Origin: Babesia bigemina
Taxonomy: Eukaryota
NCBI RefSeq assembly: GCF_000981445.1
Contig: NC_027216.1
Coordinates: 1,674,001-1,738,000 of the forward strand
Direction: 5' to 3'
DNA: 64,000 nucleotides
Positions 1-11,755 of this stretch are shown here, in pieces (position 1 is the stretch's first letter; each line of letters starts with the position of its first letter). Under the pieces are notes generated by a model. It did no database searches. It was not told the origin of the DNA and saw only the letters and a program-made list of their open reading frames with translations. A program made the position numbers and the translations under genes.

Positions 1-825
1 CACTTTGTCGGCCAACGCTTTAATCAGCTGATCGACTTCGGGAATCTTCACGGTGCTGGCCGGTAATTGTTTCTCATGCTTGGATCTGAACACCTTTTTC
101 TTCCGCCACGCATTGGAGTAATTCACGCTAATAGGCACCGCGCGTATAGTCGGCTGCTTAACTCTGCCCATGTAATCGATATCCAGAGTCGATGAATCAC
201 GATCTTTGTGCATTCCACGCTTGTCGACAGGAGCTTTGAGGTCTATTGGAGCCACGACACCGGTGCCGTCACGACCCAAGCCACCGCCCGTGTAGCCCAT
301 CTTCTTCAGCATCTTCACACCCTTGCCGTACATTTTGTCAATTTGCCGCGGCTGAAGGACGTCATCCGCGTCATAAGTGATCCCTTGATCCCGCTTTGAG
401 TTCTCATACCGATGTCGCCGTCCTGTATCAACGCGTTTCATTTTCGAGGATGCTCGACGCACTCCATAGTCGTCATCGTCATCATCATCATCATCCGACG
501 AGTCTTCATATGATTCGTGCCCTTCTTTCGCGTATCGTTCGCTGCCGTCCGCCAGTAAGCGATCAATGGTGTCGGCGGTATAGACCATCGAGGCATCCTC
601 CGTGTCAGATACGCCCTCATCTGAATCCTCCTCGGGGGCACCTTTGGTGGACTGCCCTTTATGACCACTCTTAGTCATGTGGTCTTCATCCATATTCAAA
701 GTGCCACCTTTGACGAAGAAAGCAGAACCGCCAGGGCGCCGTCCACCAGAGGCATAGCGGTTGCTGTAGGATCCTTCCCCGATGGCATCGTATAAGCTAC
801 TATCGTACTCGGAATCCGAATACAT
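1..825 (-). CDS. G-patch domain protein, TFIP11/Ntr1(Spp382)-like spliceosome disassembly factor (partial; 3' end runs off the window)
   Basis: Absent from the ORF track because it has no stop in the window. Manual translation from ATG 825 is open to base 1: MYSDSEYDSS...AFFVKGG...poly-Asp...YGKGVKMLKKMGYTGGGLGRDGTGVVAPID (G-patch, c. 241-330)...NAWRKKK. The G-patch is clear; TFIP11 orthology is inferred. Confidence 0.8.
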   Translation of the reverse strand, partial: MYSDSEYDSSLYDAIGEGSYSNRYASGGRRPGGSAFFVKGGTLNMDEDHMTKSGHKGQSTKGAPEEDSDEGVSDTEDASMVYTADTIDRLLADGSERYAKEGHESYEDSSDDDDDDDDDYGVRRASSKMKRVDTGRRHRYENSKRDQGITYDADDVLQPRQIDKMYGKGVKMLKKMGYTGGGLGRDGTGVVAPIDLKAPVDKRGMHKDRDSSTLDIDYMGRVKQPTIRAVPISVNYSNAWRKKKVFRSKHEKQLPASTVKIPEVDQLIKALADKV

Positions 826-1107
826 TGCGATGAGTCCTAAGCATAACGTGAGTTTGGTGTTTTAGTCCCTCGCTTCGGCAGTGAGAATCAAAAGAGGTAA
901 CATTCGACCATGCGCAAAATCCAGACACACTCGGACAAATATATCACACCTGCGATGCAGTCTTTGACACTTTAGCAATTCAAAAAATGTTATAGGTTTT
1001 TGGTTCCCATACAGTGATGGTTTCGTGAAAGATCCCATGTAGCATCACCGCCGTTTACACACTCCTGATTCATCCACAACATAGCGACGGTGACAAATTT
1101 TAATAAA

Positions 1108-1960
1108 ATGGCAAGTATGTTGGCACACATTTTTACCTTAGCTGGTCTTCTATGGTTTACCGCCAATGCCCAGGTGTGTTTACGTGCAGTGCTTTGTCTA
1201 TGCCGGCGGCGGCCGCCTCTGTGTCCCGTCTCTTGACGTTCTCATTATCCTGTTCAGGCGCTGCAGCTGAACATTGTGCTGGATGGTCAAGTGTACCAGG
1301 AAAAGGCCTTCGATGACCTATGCAGCGTTGTGGACGCAGCGGACTCCGCCATCGTCAAAAGCAGCCTTCCCTTCAGCTCCATCTCGATGGTCCCAGACCA
1401 CTGGGCGATCTACATAGACGGCGTGTCGTTGCCTGTGGCGGACTGCGAGCAGAATGACGTGCTGTTCCAGCAACTGGGCGTGAATGACGGCGCATACGTA
1501 TACCTGTTCAGGAACGAGACCGCGTACAACGACCCGTTGTATGCCGCCGAGTACTTGAAGAGGTTCACCAAGCAGTTCGGCGACCGCATAAGACCCGTGG
1601 TCAAGCGGGAAACTTCGTCTAAGAAAAGCACCAAGCCTCAGAACAAGAACAAAAAGAAGAAATCCGGGAAGATGCCCATGGACAATCTGTCTGGGCTCAT
1701 CGGACTTCTGGCAAACGCGGTCATGACCGGCGACGTTATGAGAGCCCTGGGGCAATCCGTGGGCGCGCGTAATGTCGCCAACCGTGAGGAGGGTGACCAG
1801 GGTCATGAGAAGGGCGCCATAAACAACATGGACGTGATATCGGTACGTGTGTTAGCACTGTGTTGTTATGCCATTCCAGGGAATTCTCAGTGCTTTCAGC
1901 TCCTCGGCTAACAGCAACGGCCAGAAGCGGGCGCGTGACGAGTCGGCTGACGAGCTTTAA
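1108..1960 (+). CDS. Putative ER-luminal protein, 243 aa: signal peptide, ubiquitin-like fold, Lys-rich linker, C-terminal ADEL
   Basis: Exons 1108-1173, 1258-1842 and 1880-1960, with phase-0 GT-AG introns 1174-1257 and 1843-1879. Exon 1 = MASMLAHIFTLAGLLWFTANAQ (hydrophobic signal). The last exon ends RARDESADEL-TAA. Confidence 0.75.
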
Positions 1961-1962
1961 CA

Positions 1963-3413
1963 TCACAAGTCGATATTGACGCTGAGGCCCAGGTTGCCAG
2001 GGAACACCCCGCTCGTGAATCCGTACGGCCCAAGCAAACGCGCACTTTCGTCAGGAACACAACTTATTTGTATGTTTCCCTTGCCCCTGCAAGTGGTTGG
2101 CGTGATGCGACCGTGACGTACCTCTGCATGGAACCGATGATGTTGAAGTTGGTGTTGGGCATTCTGTACGAGAACCCGCAGCTCAACGGCGACTGGTCGT
2201 GAGAATTGGCACTGAGTTGCTTCTGGTAGAGTTCGATCTGCTGCTGCTGTGACGCCAGCGCCTGCGTGATCTTGCTCTGCTTGGCGTTGTCGTCCAACTG
2301 CCGCTTCAGGCTTGATCGTGCGCTGGTGTTGAGCCTGGTCAGCAACGCGGAGAACTCTTCGACATCTCTCAGCGTGTTCCAGTTGTCGATGCGTTGCTTC
2401 ACCTTCGCTACCAAGGAAGGATTGGGCATTGGTGTCAGCAGCTCTTTCACTGCGTCCACCAAGGAAGCGTCTGTCCTAGCGGCGTGGCGCAACATTGCGC
2501 CGACTATTTTGTCGTCGTCGGATCGTTTCTTGAAGCAGTGTGGCACCAATTCGTTGACCGCCGCAACAAATTCGCGTTGCAGGCCTTTGATAAACCTCTG
2601 GTCAGTTAACCTGAGCATGGCATCGTTGCCAGCGCTGAACATCTTCGATATGAAACGCATCTTGTACGCTGCGATATACTCTCTAAATATGTCATACACA
2701 CGCGATTCTATCGCTAAAATGAGTTGTATTAACTGGTTTAGCCTCACGGCCTGGTCTTCTGCCGTGAGTTGCATCGGAGCGCCGACGGTGAACCATCCAG
2801 GCTTTCCAGGGATCCCCTCTTTGGTCATTGCGATGTAGCACTTCACCGCCCCGATAACTGCATTATCAAACACTCGCCCGTTGTTGTTTATCGGCTCAAC
2901 TGCATTCGACGCGTTGGAAGGCGCCAAGGGTGAGGCGTTGCCCGACGCCTTACCCAAAACCAACTCCACATATTGGCGCACCACCCTTTCAAAAGCCTTA
3001 AGTACCAGCAGATGTGCCTTTTCGCACTTCTGCGCGTAGCTGGAGCATTCGTGGGCTGGCAAGTCATCTATGCTTCTGCTGAGAAGGTCATGAAAGTACC
3101 TTCGTCCGGATTCATCACCTCCGGCGGCAACCTTTACCTTAGCGGCGTCACTCTTACCTGGCGGCTTCTGATCGGCTTGCGGAGCGGGAATAGCCGCTAA
3201 AGCAGCGTGCCTTGATGGCGTATTTCCGCGAAATTGTGGACGCAACGTTGATCCCGGGGAGGAATCACGCCTTCCGCGATTGTTCGGTGATGTCTGGAAG
3301 CATGAGCTGACAGGATGTTGCGATAAAGCCAACGCAGAGGCTGGTAATAGAAGCACGCTCACATGGCACAGCTGCATTAACGTAATTATGCACAGCCAGG
3401 CTGCATACGCCAT
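1963..3413 (-). CDS. Apicoplast-targeted protein, probably periplastid protein 1 (PPP1)-like import factor
   Basis: ATG 3413 gives a signal peptide followed by a Ser/Arg-rich, acid-poor transit-like leader. The 35-nt intron 2121-2087 adds the last exon GKGNIQISCVPDESARLLGPYGFTSGVFPGNLGLSVNIDL*, after a Gln-rich coil and GFSYRMPNTNFNI. I recall this C-terminus from PPP1-type proteins of red-secondary-plastid lineages; not verified by search. Confidence 0.6.
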
Positions 3414-4040
3414 CTTACACGGCCACGGTGCTGATATCAGCATCAACTGGCATCTCACAGCGCGCCTTCCAAGAGCCGTTCTAGTTTATGAGACACGCAA
3501 TAACTCAGTTAGGGCGCATTGTATAATATCGTATATGACGACAACGTAGCGTGCTACCGCGGAGGACGCGGTTTAAATAACAGGTGTCAATCGCACCGTG
3601 AAGAGCTGCGCTAGTGACTCTCGTCGACTGTCTTTCCCGCCTTTTCGCGGATTACACCACTGCATCCATAAGCGACCCAATGTGTATCGTCGCGCCGTGC
3701 GTATGCAGGAGCAGCTAGGGGACGCAACGCTTGGAGCGCCAGGGAAATGCGGACCCTACAAAGTTCTGTAAACGGTGAAGTACGACGTGCAGCTATTTCC
3801 CAATTATTACGCAGTGCATTTGGCGCGGGAGCTGCTATTTTTAACCGTCTGTTCCGTCTGCTTCGCCCCTCTGCGTAAGGTGTGCGTTCGCCACACCGAG
3901 CACGAACTTTTTACGAGAGGCCAAGTAAAATTGGAATGTAAGCAGTGGACAAACTGCGTATTTGTAACATATAAAAAAGCGTACCATACGTCCCGCCGGC
4001 ACAGGGCATCACGTGTGCCGCGGCGAACACGAGAGCCAAC

Positions 4041-7000
4041 ATGGAGCAGACACACAGCGATGCTGCCGATGGCGAGAAACTGGTTTCCGGTGTGTCGATC
4101 GAGATGCAGCCGATTGGAGCCGAAAACAACGCACATCCAAATGTTGTGGAGCGCGCGGGCTCGTCAAAGATCATTGAATCCATCGCCACCGCCATCTCCA
4201 AATCCATGATCGGCACTTCCATCACCAACTTTGCCGATGGCGTCGAGGGGGAGATCGCCAAGAAGCTGTCGTACGGCTTGATGACGGCGGACAGCGTGAT
4301 TGAGTTGGCGCGCATGAAAGATGAGTCCGTCGTCGAGAGAGCCACGGAGCAGGTGCAGCAGTCGCACCCATCCGGATTCAGGTCCAAGTTCTCCTCGGCG
4401 CCCGTGGAGGAGATTGTGGAACAGTTCGGCCTGCATGATCTGTCGTTTGGTCTCTCCACGGTGCAGAGCAACCTGAACCGCGATTTTTACGGCAAGAACA
4501 TTTTGGAGGGGTCCAAGAAGATTCCGCTCTGGTATTTGTACATCAGCCAGTTCTTCAACTTCGTCGTCATCATGCTGCTGGTTGCTGCCGTCGTCAGCAT
4601 TGCGCTGGGCAACATCGTGGAGGGCGTGTTCATCGTCATCATCACAAACGTCAACGCGGCCATGGCCACCTACATGGAGAAGTCGGCGGCCAACGCGTTG
4701 GAGAAGCTGGCGGAGATATCCTCCCCCACCACAACCGTGGTGCGTGACGGCCAGGAGATGACCATCGACTCCAAGGATGTGGTGCCCGGAGATGTCGTCA
4801 TCCTGAAAATGGGTGACACCGTCCCCGCCGACATGCGTCTGTTCGAGGTTAACGAGATCCGCGTGAACGAGGCGTTGCTGACGGGTGAGCCCGAGGCTGT
4901 GAAGAAGGACCTCGTAGCGAAGGACATCAACTCGCCCTTCGCCACCAACTTGTGCTTCGCCTCCACTTCCGTCGTGTCTGGTTCCGCGCGTGGCGTGGTC
5001 ATCAGCATTGGTATGGAGACGCAGGTAGGTCACATCGCGAAGCAGCTGAAGAAGGCGACGCAAGGCAACGACATGACGCCACTTCAGTCGAGCCTCAACA
5101 GTTTGGGCGGCATTATTGGGCTCATCTCCATTGCCGTCTTGGTCTCAATTATTATAGTTGCGATAGTGACCAAGTACGAAGACCCCACCAGACCCGACAC
5201 TAACCGCATCTTGTCCATTGTGCTGCTCGCCGTTGGATTTGCGGTGTCGTCAATTCCGGAGGGGTTGCCCATGGTTGTGACCATTTCGCTTTCCATCGGA
5301 GCCAGCGACATGGCCAAGAGAAACGCGAACATCAGGAAGCTCCCCGCCGTGGAAACGTTGGGCTGCTGCTCCGTTATCTGCAGTGACAAGACCGGTACCC
5401 TGACCGAGGGCAAAATGACCACGACCACGCTGGTTGTGTTCCACAGCGTCGGGGACAAGTGGGCGAGCGAGGAGCTAAGCTTCTATCCCACGATGGGTTT
5501 CAACCCGCACGGCGGCCTGTTCCAAAACGAGCACCTCACTGAGCAGGTGAAGGCCGATCTCCTGCAGTGCGCCAATGAAGAGCGGTCCTGCGAGACAGCT
5601 GAGTTCAACGTCTGTGGCAAGGACGTCAACACCGCCACGTCGCAGCAGGTGAAAGCCTGCATGCTTGCGGCGTACCTGAACTCCAACGGCACGCGTATAG
5701 AGAAGGACGAGGCAAGCAGCAGGTGGAAGGCTGTGGGCAACATGACGGAATCGCCACTTATTGTGGCCGCCGCCAAGTGTGGCATCGGGTCCACTGTGAA
5801 CCCCAACGACACCACCTACGAGGACCACCCCGTCCTGCCGAAGCTCGAGGTGCCATTCAATTCCAGCCGCAAGATGATGTGCACGGTGCACAAGCTGAAG
5901 AGGAACAACTTCTTTGGTGACATCGACCTCTCGCGGGGCACCGATGTGTTCACCCATGTGGCCACGCTGAAAGGAGCGCCGGACATGCTGTTTGACACAT
6001 GCAGGCTCACTGTGAAACGAGATGCCGATTCGTGCAAAGTGGACTGGGAGTCGCTTGGAAGTGGCAAAATAAACGCGCAGATGGCCTCCGTGCACGCGGC
6101 GAACTCCGAGCTTAGCAGCAGGGCCCTCCGAGTGCTGCTGGTGGGCGTATTCCCCCTGACGGACAACGATGTGGAGTCACTGCGCCAGTGCCAGGATTCG
6201 GATGAGCGGTTGAAGTGGCTGCTTGATGGCGGCAACAATGGCGGGTCACCGCTGGTGCTTCTCGGCTGCGTCGGAAGCCTTGACCCGCCCCGCTTTGGAG
6301 TCAAGAGTGCCATTGAGACCTGCGTGAAGGCCGGCGTGCGCGTCGTCATGATCACCGGTGACCAGAAACGTACCGCAGCCGCTATAGGAAAGGAGATCGG
6401 GCTTTTCAACCAGTTCGAGCACCTGGGCGACGAGGAGACTGGCGTCCTCGAGTGCAGCAACCTGCATATCAGCAACGACCACTCCGCCGGCTACCTTCCC
6501 GATGAGGCCATTGACGCGCACACCGCGCGAGTTTCGGTGTTCTGCCGCGCGCAACCTGAAGACAAGGTGGCCATTGTGGAGTCTCTGAAACGCCAGGGGT
6601 ACCTGACGGCCATGACCGGCGACGGTGTGAACGATGCCCCGGCGCTTAAGACGGCCGACATCGGTGTTGCCATGGGAATCAACGGCACGGACGTCGCAAA
6701 GGGCGCGTCTGACATGGTCCTGCTTGATGACAACTTCTGCACCATCGTCAGCGCTATAGAGTCCGGGCGTACCATCTACGCAAACATCCAGAAGTTCGTG
6801 TCCTTCTTGCTCGGTACCAACATCGGCGAGATCATCTACTTGACCGCGTCCATCATCATAAGGACGCTGCCGCCGGTGGAGGCGATGCAGATCCTGTTCC
6901 TCAACATCGTCACCGACGGGTGTCCCGCCGTGGCGCTGTCGCGTGAGCCATCGGATGCTGACGTCATGACCAAGAAGCCACGCCCGCGAAGTCAGCCGAT

Positions 7001-7838
7001 CATGACCCGTGATTGGTGGCTTTTCGGTAACCTCCCGCACACCATCTTCGAAGCGGCGATGGTGATCTGCAGCATCCTCGTCGGCCTGTACGTGTGCACT
7101 GGTGTCATCTTCATGTCCGACATCCACAAACAGTGCAGCTCTGTGACGCTCAAGGACGCAAGCGGGAACAGCCACAATTTCATGTATTTCTGCAAGTCGT
7201 ACGAGTATCGTGTCGAGCGGGGTTACGTCGGCTGGGTTACTAACATTAACTACTTTGACGTTGTGCACGGCGAAATCAAGACCGCATTGGGTGCTATCGA
7301 GGGCAAGCAAGAGATACTTAGACCGGACACCGAGGGACTCTGGAAAGAAGTAGCCTCTAGTTTCAAGAACATCGGCACCGGCGATGTTCCGGAGGAACAC
7401 AAGGACAAACTTGAGCGTGACGAGCACGGATGGTTCCGGCCGAAGAGCGGTATCACAGTCAAGGGGCGCGAGGACACGCCCTTCGGAGCTGCGCCTCACG
7501 GTTACTTCGACATCACCGCGCGCAAGTCCACGCAAGCCCGCACCATATCATTCATTACGGCCGTGTGGTGCGAGATGCTGCGCGCGTACACGGTGCGCAG
7601 CTGGGACTACTTCTACCGCGTGTTCAACCGCAGCCCCGTTATGCACATTGCCTGCGGTGCCTCCGCCACTGTCACCTTCGTCGCCACGGTGGTGCCCAGG
7701 TTCAACACGATCATGCACCTTGTCTCCTTGCCGTGGTGGCAGTACCTCCTCGCCGTGGGGTTCGCCATGGTGACGCTCGTCCTGGACGAATGTGTTGCCA
7801 AGGTTCTGTACAGACGCTGTGCGAAGCACGAAATTTAA
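4041..7838 (+). CDS. ATP4: P-type Na+-ATPase ATP4 (PfATP4 orthologue)
   Basis: Intronless, 1265 aa. Motifs: TGE, SSIPEGLP, CSDKTGTLT phosphorylation site, KGAPD, MITGD and TGDGVND. Also the ATP4-type KFVSFLLGTNIGEI and the large Cys-containing luminal loop. Confidence 0.92.
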   Translation: MEQTHSDAADGEKLVSGVSIEMQPIGAENNAHPNVVERAGSSKIIESIATAISKSMIGTSITNFADGVEGEIAKKLSYGLMTADSVIELARMKDESVVERATEQVQQSHPSGFRSKFSSAPVEEIVEQFGLHDLSFGLSTVQSNLNRDFYGKNILEGSKKIPLWYLYISQFFNFVVIMLLVAAVVSIALGNIVEGVFIVIITNVNAAMATYMEKSAANALEKLAEISSPTTTVVRDGQEMTIDSKDVVPGDVVILKMGDTVPADMRLFEVNEIRVNEALLTGEPEAVKKDLVAKDINSPFATNLCFASTSVVSGSARGVVISIGMETQVGHIAKQLKKATQGNDMTPLQSSLNSLGGIIGLISIAVLVSIIIVAIVTKYEDPTRPDTNRILSIVLLAVGFAVSSIPEGLPMVVTISLSIGASDMAKRNANIRKLPAVETLGCCSVICSDKTGTLTEGKMTTTTLVVFHSVGDKWASEELSFYPTMGFNPHGGLFQNEHLTEQVKADLLQCANEERSCETAEFNVCGKDVNTATSQQVKACMLAAYLNSNGTRIEKDEASSRWKAVGNMTESPLIVAAAKCGIGSTVNPNDTTYEDHPVLPKLEVPFNSSRKMMCTVHKLKRNNFFGDIDLSRGTDVFTHVATLKGAPDMLFDTCRLTVKRDADSCKVDWESLGSGKINAQMASVHAANSELSSRALRVLLVGVFPLTDNDVESLRQCQDSDERLKWLLDGGNNGGSPLVLLGCVGSLDPPRFGVKSAIETCVKAGVRVVMITGDQKRTAAAIGKEIGLFNQFEHLGDEETGVLECSNLHISNDHSAGYLPDEAIDAHTARVSVFCRAQPEDKVAIVESLKRQGYLTAMTGDGVNDAPALKTADIGVAMGINGTDVAKGASDMVLLDDNFCTIVSAIESGRTIYANIQKFVSFLLGTNIGEIIYLTASIIIRTLPPVEAMQILFLNIVTDGCPAVALSREPSDADVMTKKPRPRSQPIMTRDWWLFGNLPHTIFEAAMVICSILVGLYVCTGVIFMSDIHKQCSSVTLKDASGNSHNFMYFCKSYEYRVERGYVGWVTNINYFDVVHGEIKTALGAIEGKQEILRPDTEGLWKEVASSFKNIGTGDVPEEHKDKLERDEHGWFRPKSGITVKGREDTPFGAAPHGYFDITARKSTQARTISFITAVWCEMLRAYTVRSWDYFYRVFNRSPVMHIACGASATVTFVATVVPRFNTIMHLVSLPWWQYLLAVGFAMVTLVLDECVAKVLYRRCAKHEI

Positions 7839-7874
7839 CATTAATGTCTGTTTACGCCGGTACGGTTCGGCATT

Positions 7875-8416
<542 letters not shown>

Positions 8417-9152
8417 CTTGCGTAATGTGGATGGATCGGATCACAAGCCTGGGAAGCGATCACACAGGGACGTGACCGCGGATAGAGCCGGGGACGTGCT
8501 GGCAAGCTGCGTCACCAACGCGGTATTCGTAGGAGACAAGCGACTTGCCCTACTAACAAACTTTTATACAAACAATGGTCCTTTTACCGTGTAATTCTTT
8601 GTGTGGTCGCGAAGTACTGGTGACACCTACGGCCTAAGTGGCACTGGCTAATGGGGCCTGCCATGCACCATAGCTCGGCGGTTTGAGCGTTTCCAACGCG
8701 TTTTCGTGTCTATTTCAGGGCGCAAATGAATGCTAGTGACACACTGGTGCCGACTGGTCGGTATCCCGCGATTCAGAGCCGCGCGGCGCGCGGCGTGGCT
8801 CAGCGGTGGTACAACGGCCGTCTACAGCGGCATACTAACCGCGGGGACACACACCACGACGGCGGGCACGCCTGCGCGGTTCCAGGCGTAGATCGCTGCC
8901 GTGTGTGCAGCGTTTCTCCGTATAGGAAGTCGGTGCTTGCGTGGCCATCACCTGGGATGATCTACGCACGGTGCCGGCTGCTTTCGCGTGGCGCGTCGCG
9001 CGCCTAAGTCACCAAAATACGCCGCCATACGGGCCTTCTGTGGCTACAGTGGTCTATTAGGTCATTAATCGCCCCGCCGGGGTATCCATCGCAGCCTGCG
9101 ACGTAGCACGGCGGCGGTGTGTACAGTTACGATACGCACATAGTCGTACAGT

Positions 9153-11603
9153 TCACGCCATAACGCGCCGAAGCGAAAGATCGCCCCGTTCCTGGATCGT
9201 CCCTCGTTTTATGAGTATCGCTAGCGCCCTGCAGTGTTATGGCAACACGTAAACCTCCACCTACTTCGACACGTGCTGAATGGCGAACCCCTTGCTCTCG
9301 ACGTCGCGGATGAGGTATCGCCGCGACAGTCTGTGGCCCTTGGGGAGGCGATGCAGAATGTAGTCCTCCACCTGCTTCACCATCAGCTGCTCGTGCTGGC
9401 TCATGGACTCCACGGAGAGCGTCTGCTTCATGGTTTCGCCGGTGGCGACCATGAAAAGCTCGATGGCCATGTGTATGTGCTTCTCCGTCGAGATCGGCGA
9501 CAGCTCCATGCGCGCGAAGCTCTCCGCAATTCGCACCAGCGACTCGAGCTGACGCAGCGTTATCGGGATTTTTTTGGTGGCGCTACGCTTGTCCTCGTGG
9601 TATTCCCTGCGCTTCTGCACGTAAAAGTTGCGCAACGCATCCTTGGCGTCGCTGCTCAGCATCGGCGAGACGGCCTGCTTGGCGTACTGGATCAGCCTGC
9701 GCAGCTTCTGCATGGGGATCGGGCAGCTGGCGGCGTGTGCCTGCTTGGCGTGCAGAGAAAGGATGTGCTTGCAGAGGGTCGTGTCGCGTCGAATGTTCTC
9801 CTTGTCGCGCAGCATGAATATGAGGTCGAACCTGGAGAGGATGGTGGTCTTGAACTCGTGCTGTTCGGTCGTGTCAGTGTCGTCCGAGTACGACCCGAAC
9901 GTGGGATTGGCGGCTGCGATCACAGCGCACCTCGTGTTGAGCATGGTAGTGATGCCCGCCTTGGAAATGGAGATTGTTTGCTGCTCCATGGCTTCGTGTA
10001 TCGCCACAGCGTCGTCCTCGCGCATCTTGTCGAACTCGTCGATGCAGACCACGCCGCCGTCGGCCAGCACCATGGCGCCGCCCTCCAGGGAAAACACGCC
10101 CATCTTGTCACGCACGACCGCGGCGGTCAGACCGGCAGCACTGCTGCCCTTGCCGGACGTGTACACTGAAATGGGCGCCACGTGGTCGACGAACTTCAGG
10201 ATCTGCGACTTCGCAACAGACGGGTCACCGAGCATCAGAATGTTGATGTCACCGCGCACGCGGTTGTCGCTGCCGACCTCCTTGCGGCTGCCGCCGAACA
10301 AGGCGCACGCCACGGCCTTTTTGACATTGTCGAGCCCATAAAGCGCCGGTGCGATCGACTTGAATATCTTCTCGTGGATGTCCGGCTGCGTCGCCAGCAG
10401 CACCAGGTCGTTGGTCTCCTCGAGGTCGAACGCAATGGACTCGCCCTTGCCCTGTGTGAGTTTCTCGATACCAAGCACGTGCAAGTACGAACTGCCGATC
10501 GCAGTTGGCTCCGAGCCCCGGGTGGAGACGCTGTAGTTTGTTAAAACGCCGTGCACCATCACCCGGTCTCCGGGGATCATTTTGTCGCACAGGTAGCGCG
10601 TCACGTTCAACTGCAGGTGGCGCGGCATGTCACCGGTGGGCACGTCCTCCGACAGCTCCTGTAGTTTGAGCGTCTGCACGTCCACGAAGTGGCACTCGTT
10701 GGGCAGCACGACGTAGGGGTTCTGCGCGTTGAAGCAGCCCAGCTGGTTTTCCATCTGCGCAGCTTCCCCTCCGGTTGCCTTTATCGTCGCGGCGTACCGG
10801 CAGGTGCGCGGCACCTGCGGCTTCGAAATCCAGAGCGGCACGTCCAGCTTCATCTTATGGTCGCAGTAGCGGCACTGGATGGTCATGGTCTTCATCTTGT
10901 GCTGCGGCCGGTAGGCCTGGACGATGATACCCGGCACAACCACGAACCGTTCCTGTTTGGCAGCGAGCAACGCTCTGGCGCATTTTGGAAACCACTTTAG
11001 AGTACGGCCACATACCTGATGGGCGTGGGCTTGCAGAAGGTGTTCAGCAGGTTGATCTGAATGAAGTGGAAGTCCTCGTCTTCGTCGTCCAATTTCTGGT
11101 GGAGCTTGCAAACGTCGTAGCAAGCGCGTTCTATTGTCGAAAGGTAGATGAGAGGGCGTTCCGTCAACACCTAAAACGTTGTCAATCAAGCTGCAAAGCG
11201 GGCGGCTTACCCTGACCAGCTCTCCGGCGTAGGTAGGCGGCAGGGCGCGGTCGGCCTCCATGTTGACGTCGCCGCCGTCCGCGCGGTTCATCTGCAGATT
11301 CTTCAACCTATTAGCAATCGAGTCGTCTTCGCGGTTCGGGTTGCGCTCGGCGATGTTCTGAAACTGGAAAAGGTCGTCGAGTTTCACCTCAAGGAGGTAG
11401 TTGTTGTTCTTGACGTTCTCCAGCAGCATCCGCTTCAGCTTGCCCTGCTGCAGCGAATCCGCCGAGTAGGTGTTCAGGAAGAGGCTGAAGTACTGGTACA
11501 CGCTGTCCAAGCTTGGAAGGCTGGCCGGCATATTAAGCACCTCCTCGCTGACGCCGTGCGCCGCGTTGGAGGTGTAGACAGTGCCTTCCTGCAGTCCCAA
11601 CAT
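9153..11603 (-). CDS. MCM5: DNA replication licensing factor MCM5
   Basis: MCM box: [51 protein letters not shown] zinc finger. Introns 11210-11171, 11015-10975 and 9264-9229. The last exon ends LSLRRVMA* at 9153. Confidence 0.92.
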
Positions 11604-11755
11604 TTTAGTAATTTTTCAATGCGATTTTTAGCGTGTGCGGGCGATGGAAGGCTGGCGTAAACCCGGGTGGTGTGGCGAAGACCATCACATCACCCAAGGA
11701 CGGCTAGCACGCGGCAGCTAGACAATACAAAAAATTAAATGGGTGACTGCATAGC

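Noticed and set aside
396..674. ORF with a poly-His tract, and the overlapping poly-Met ORF 438-668
   Set aside because: These are alternative readings of the (GAT/GAC)n poly-Asp codons of the G-patch gene.
4164..7535. Long antisense ORFs over ATP4 (299, 206, 219 and 429 aa)
   Set aside because: Shadow frames caused by high GC3 codon bias; no motifs.
8726..9007. 93-aa ORF between ubiquitin and MCM5
   Set aside because: No recognisable motif or coding-like composition; likely promoter or UTR sequence.
10975..11210. Apparent aberrant insertion in MCM5
   Set aside because: Two introns (40 + 41 nt) flank an exon read in another frame; splicing restores normal MCM5.
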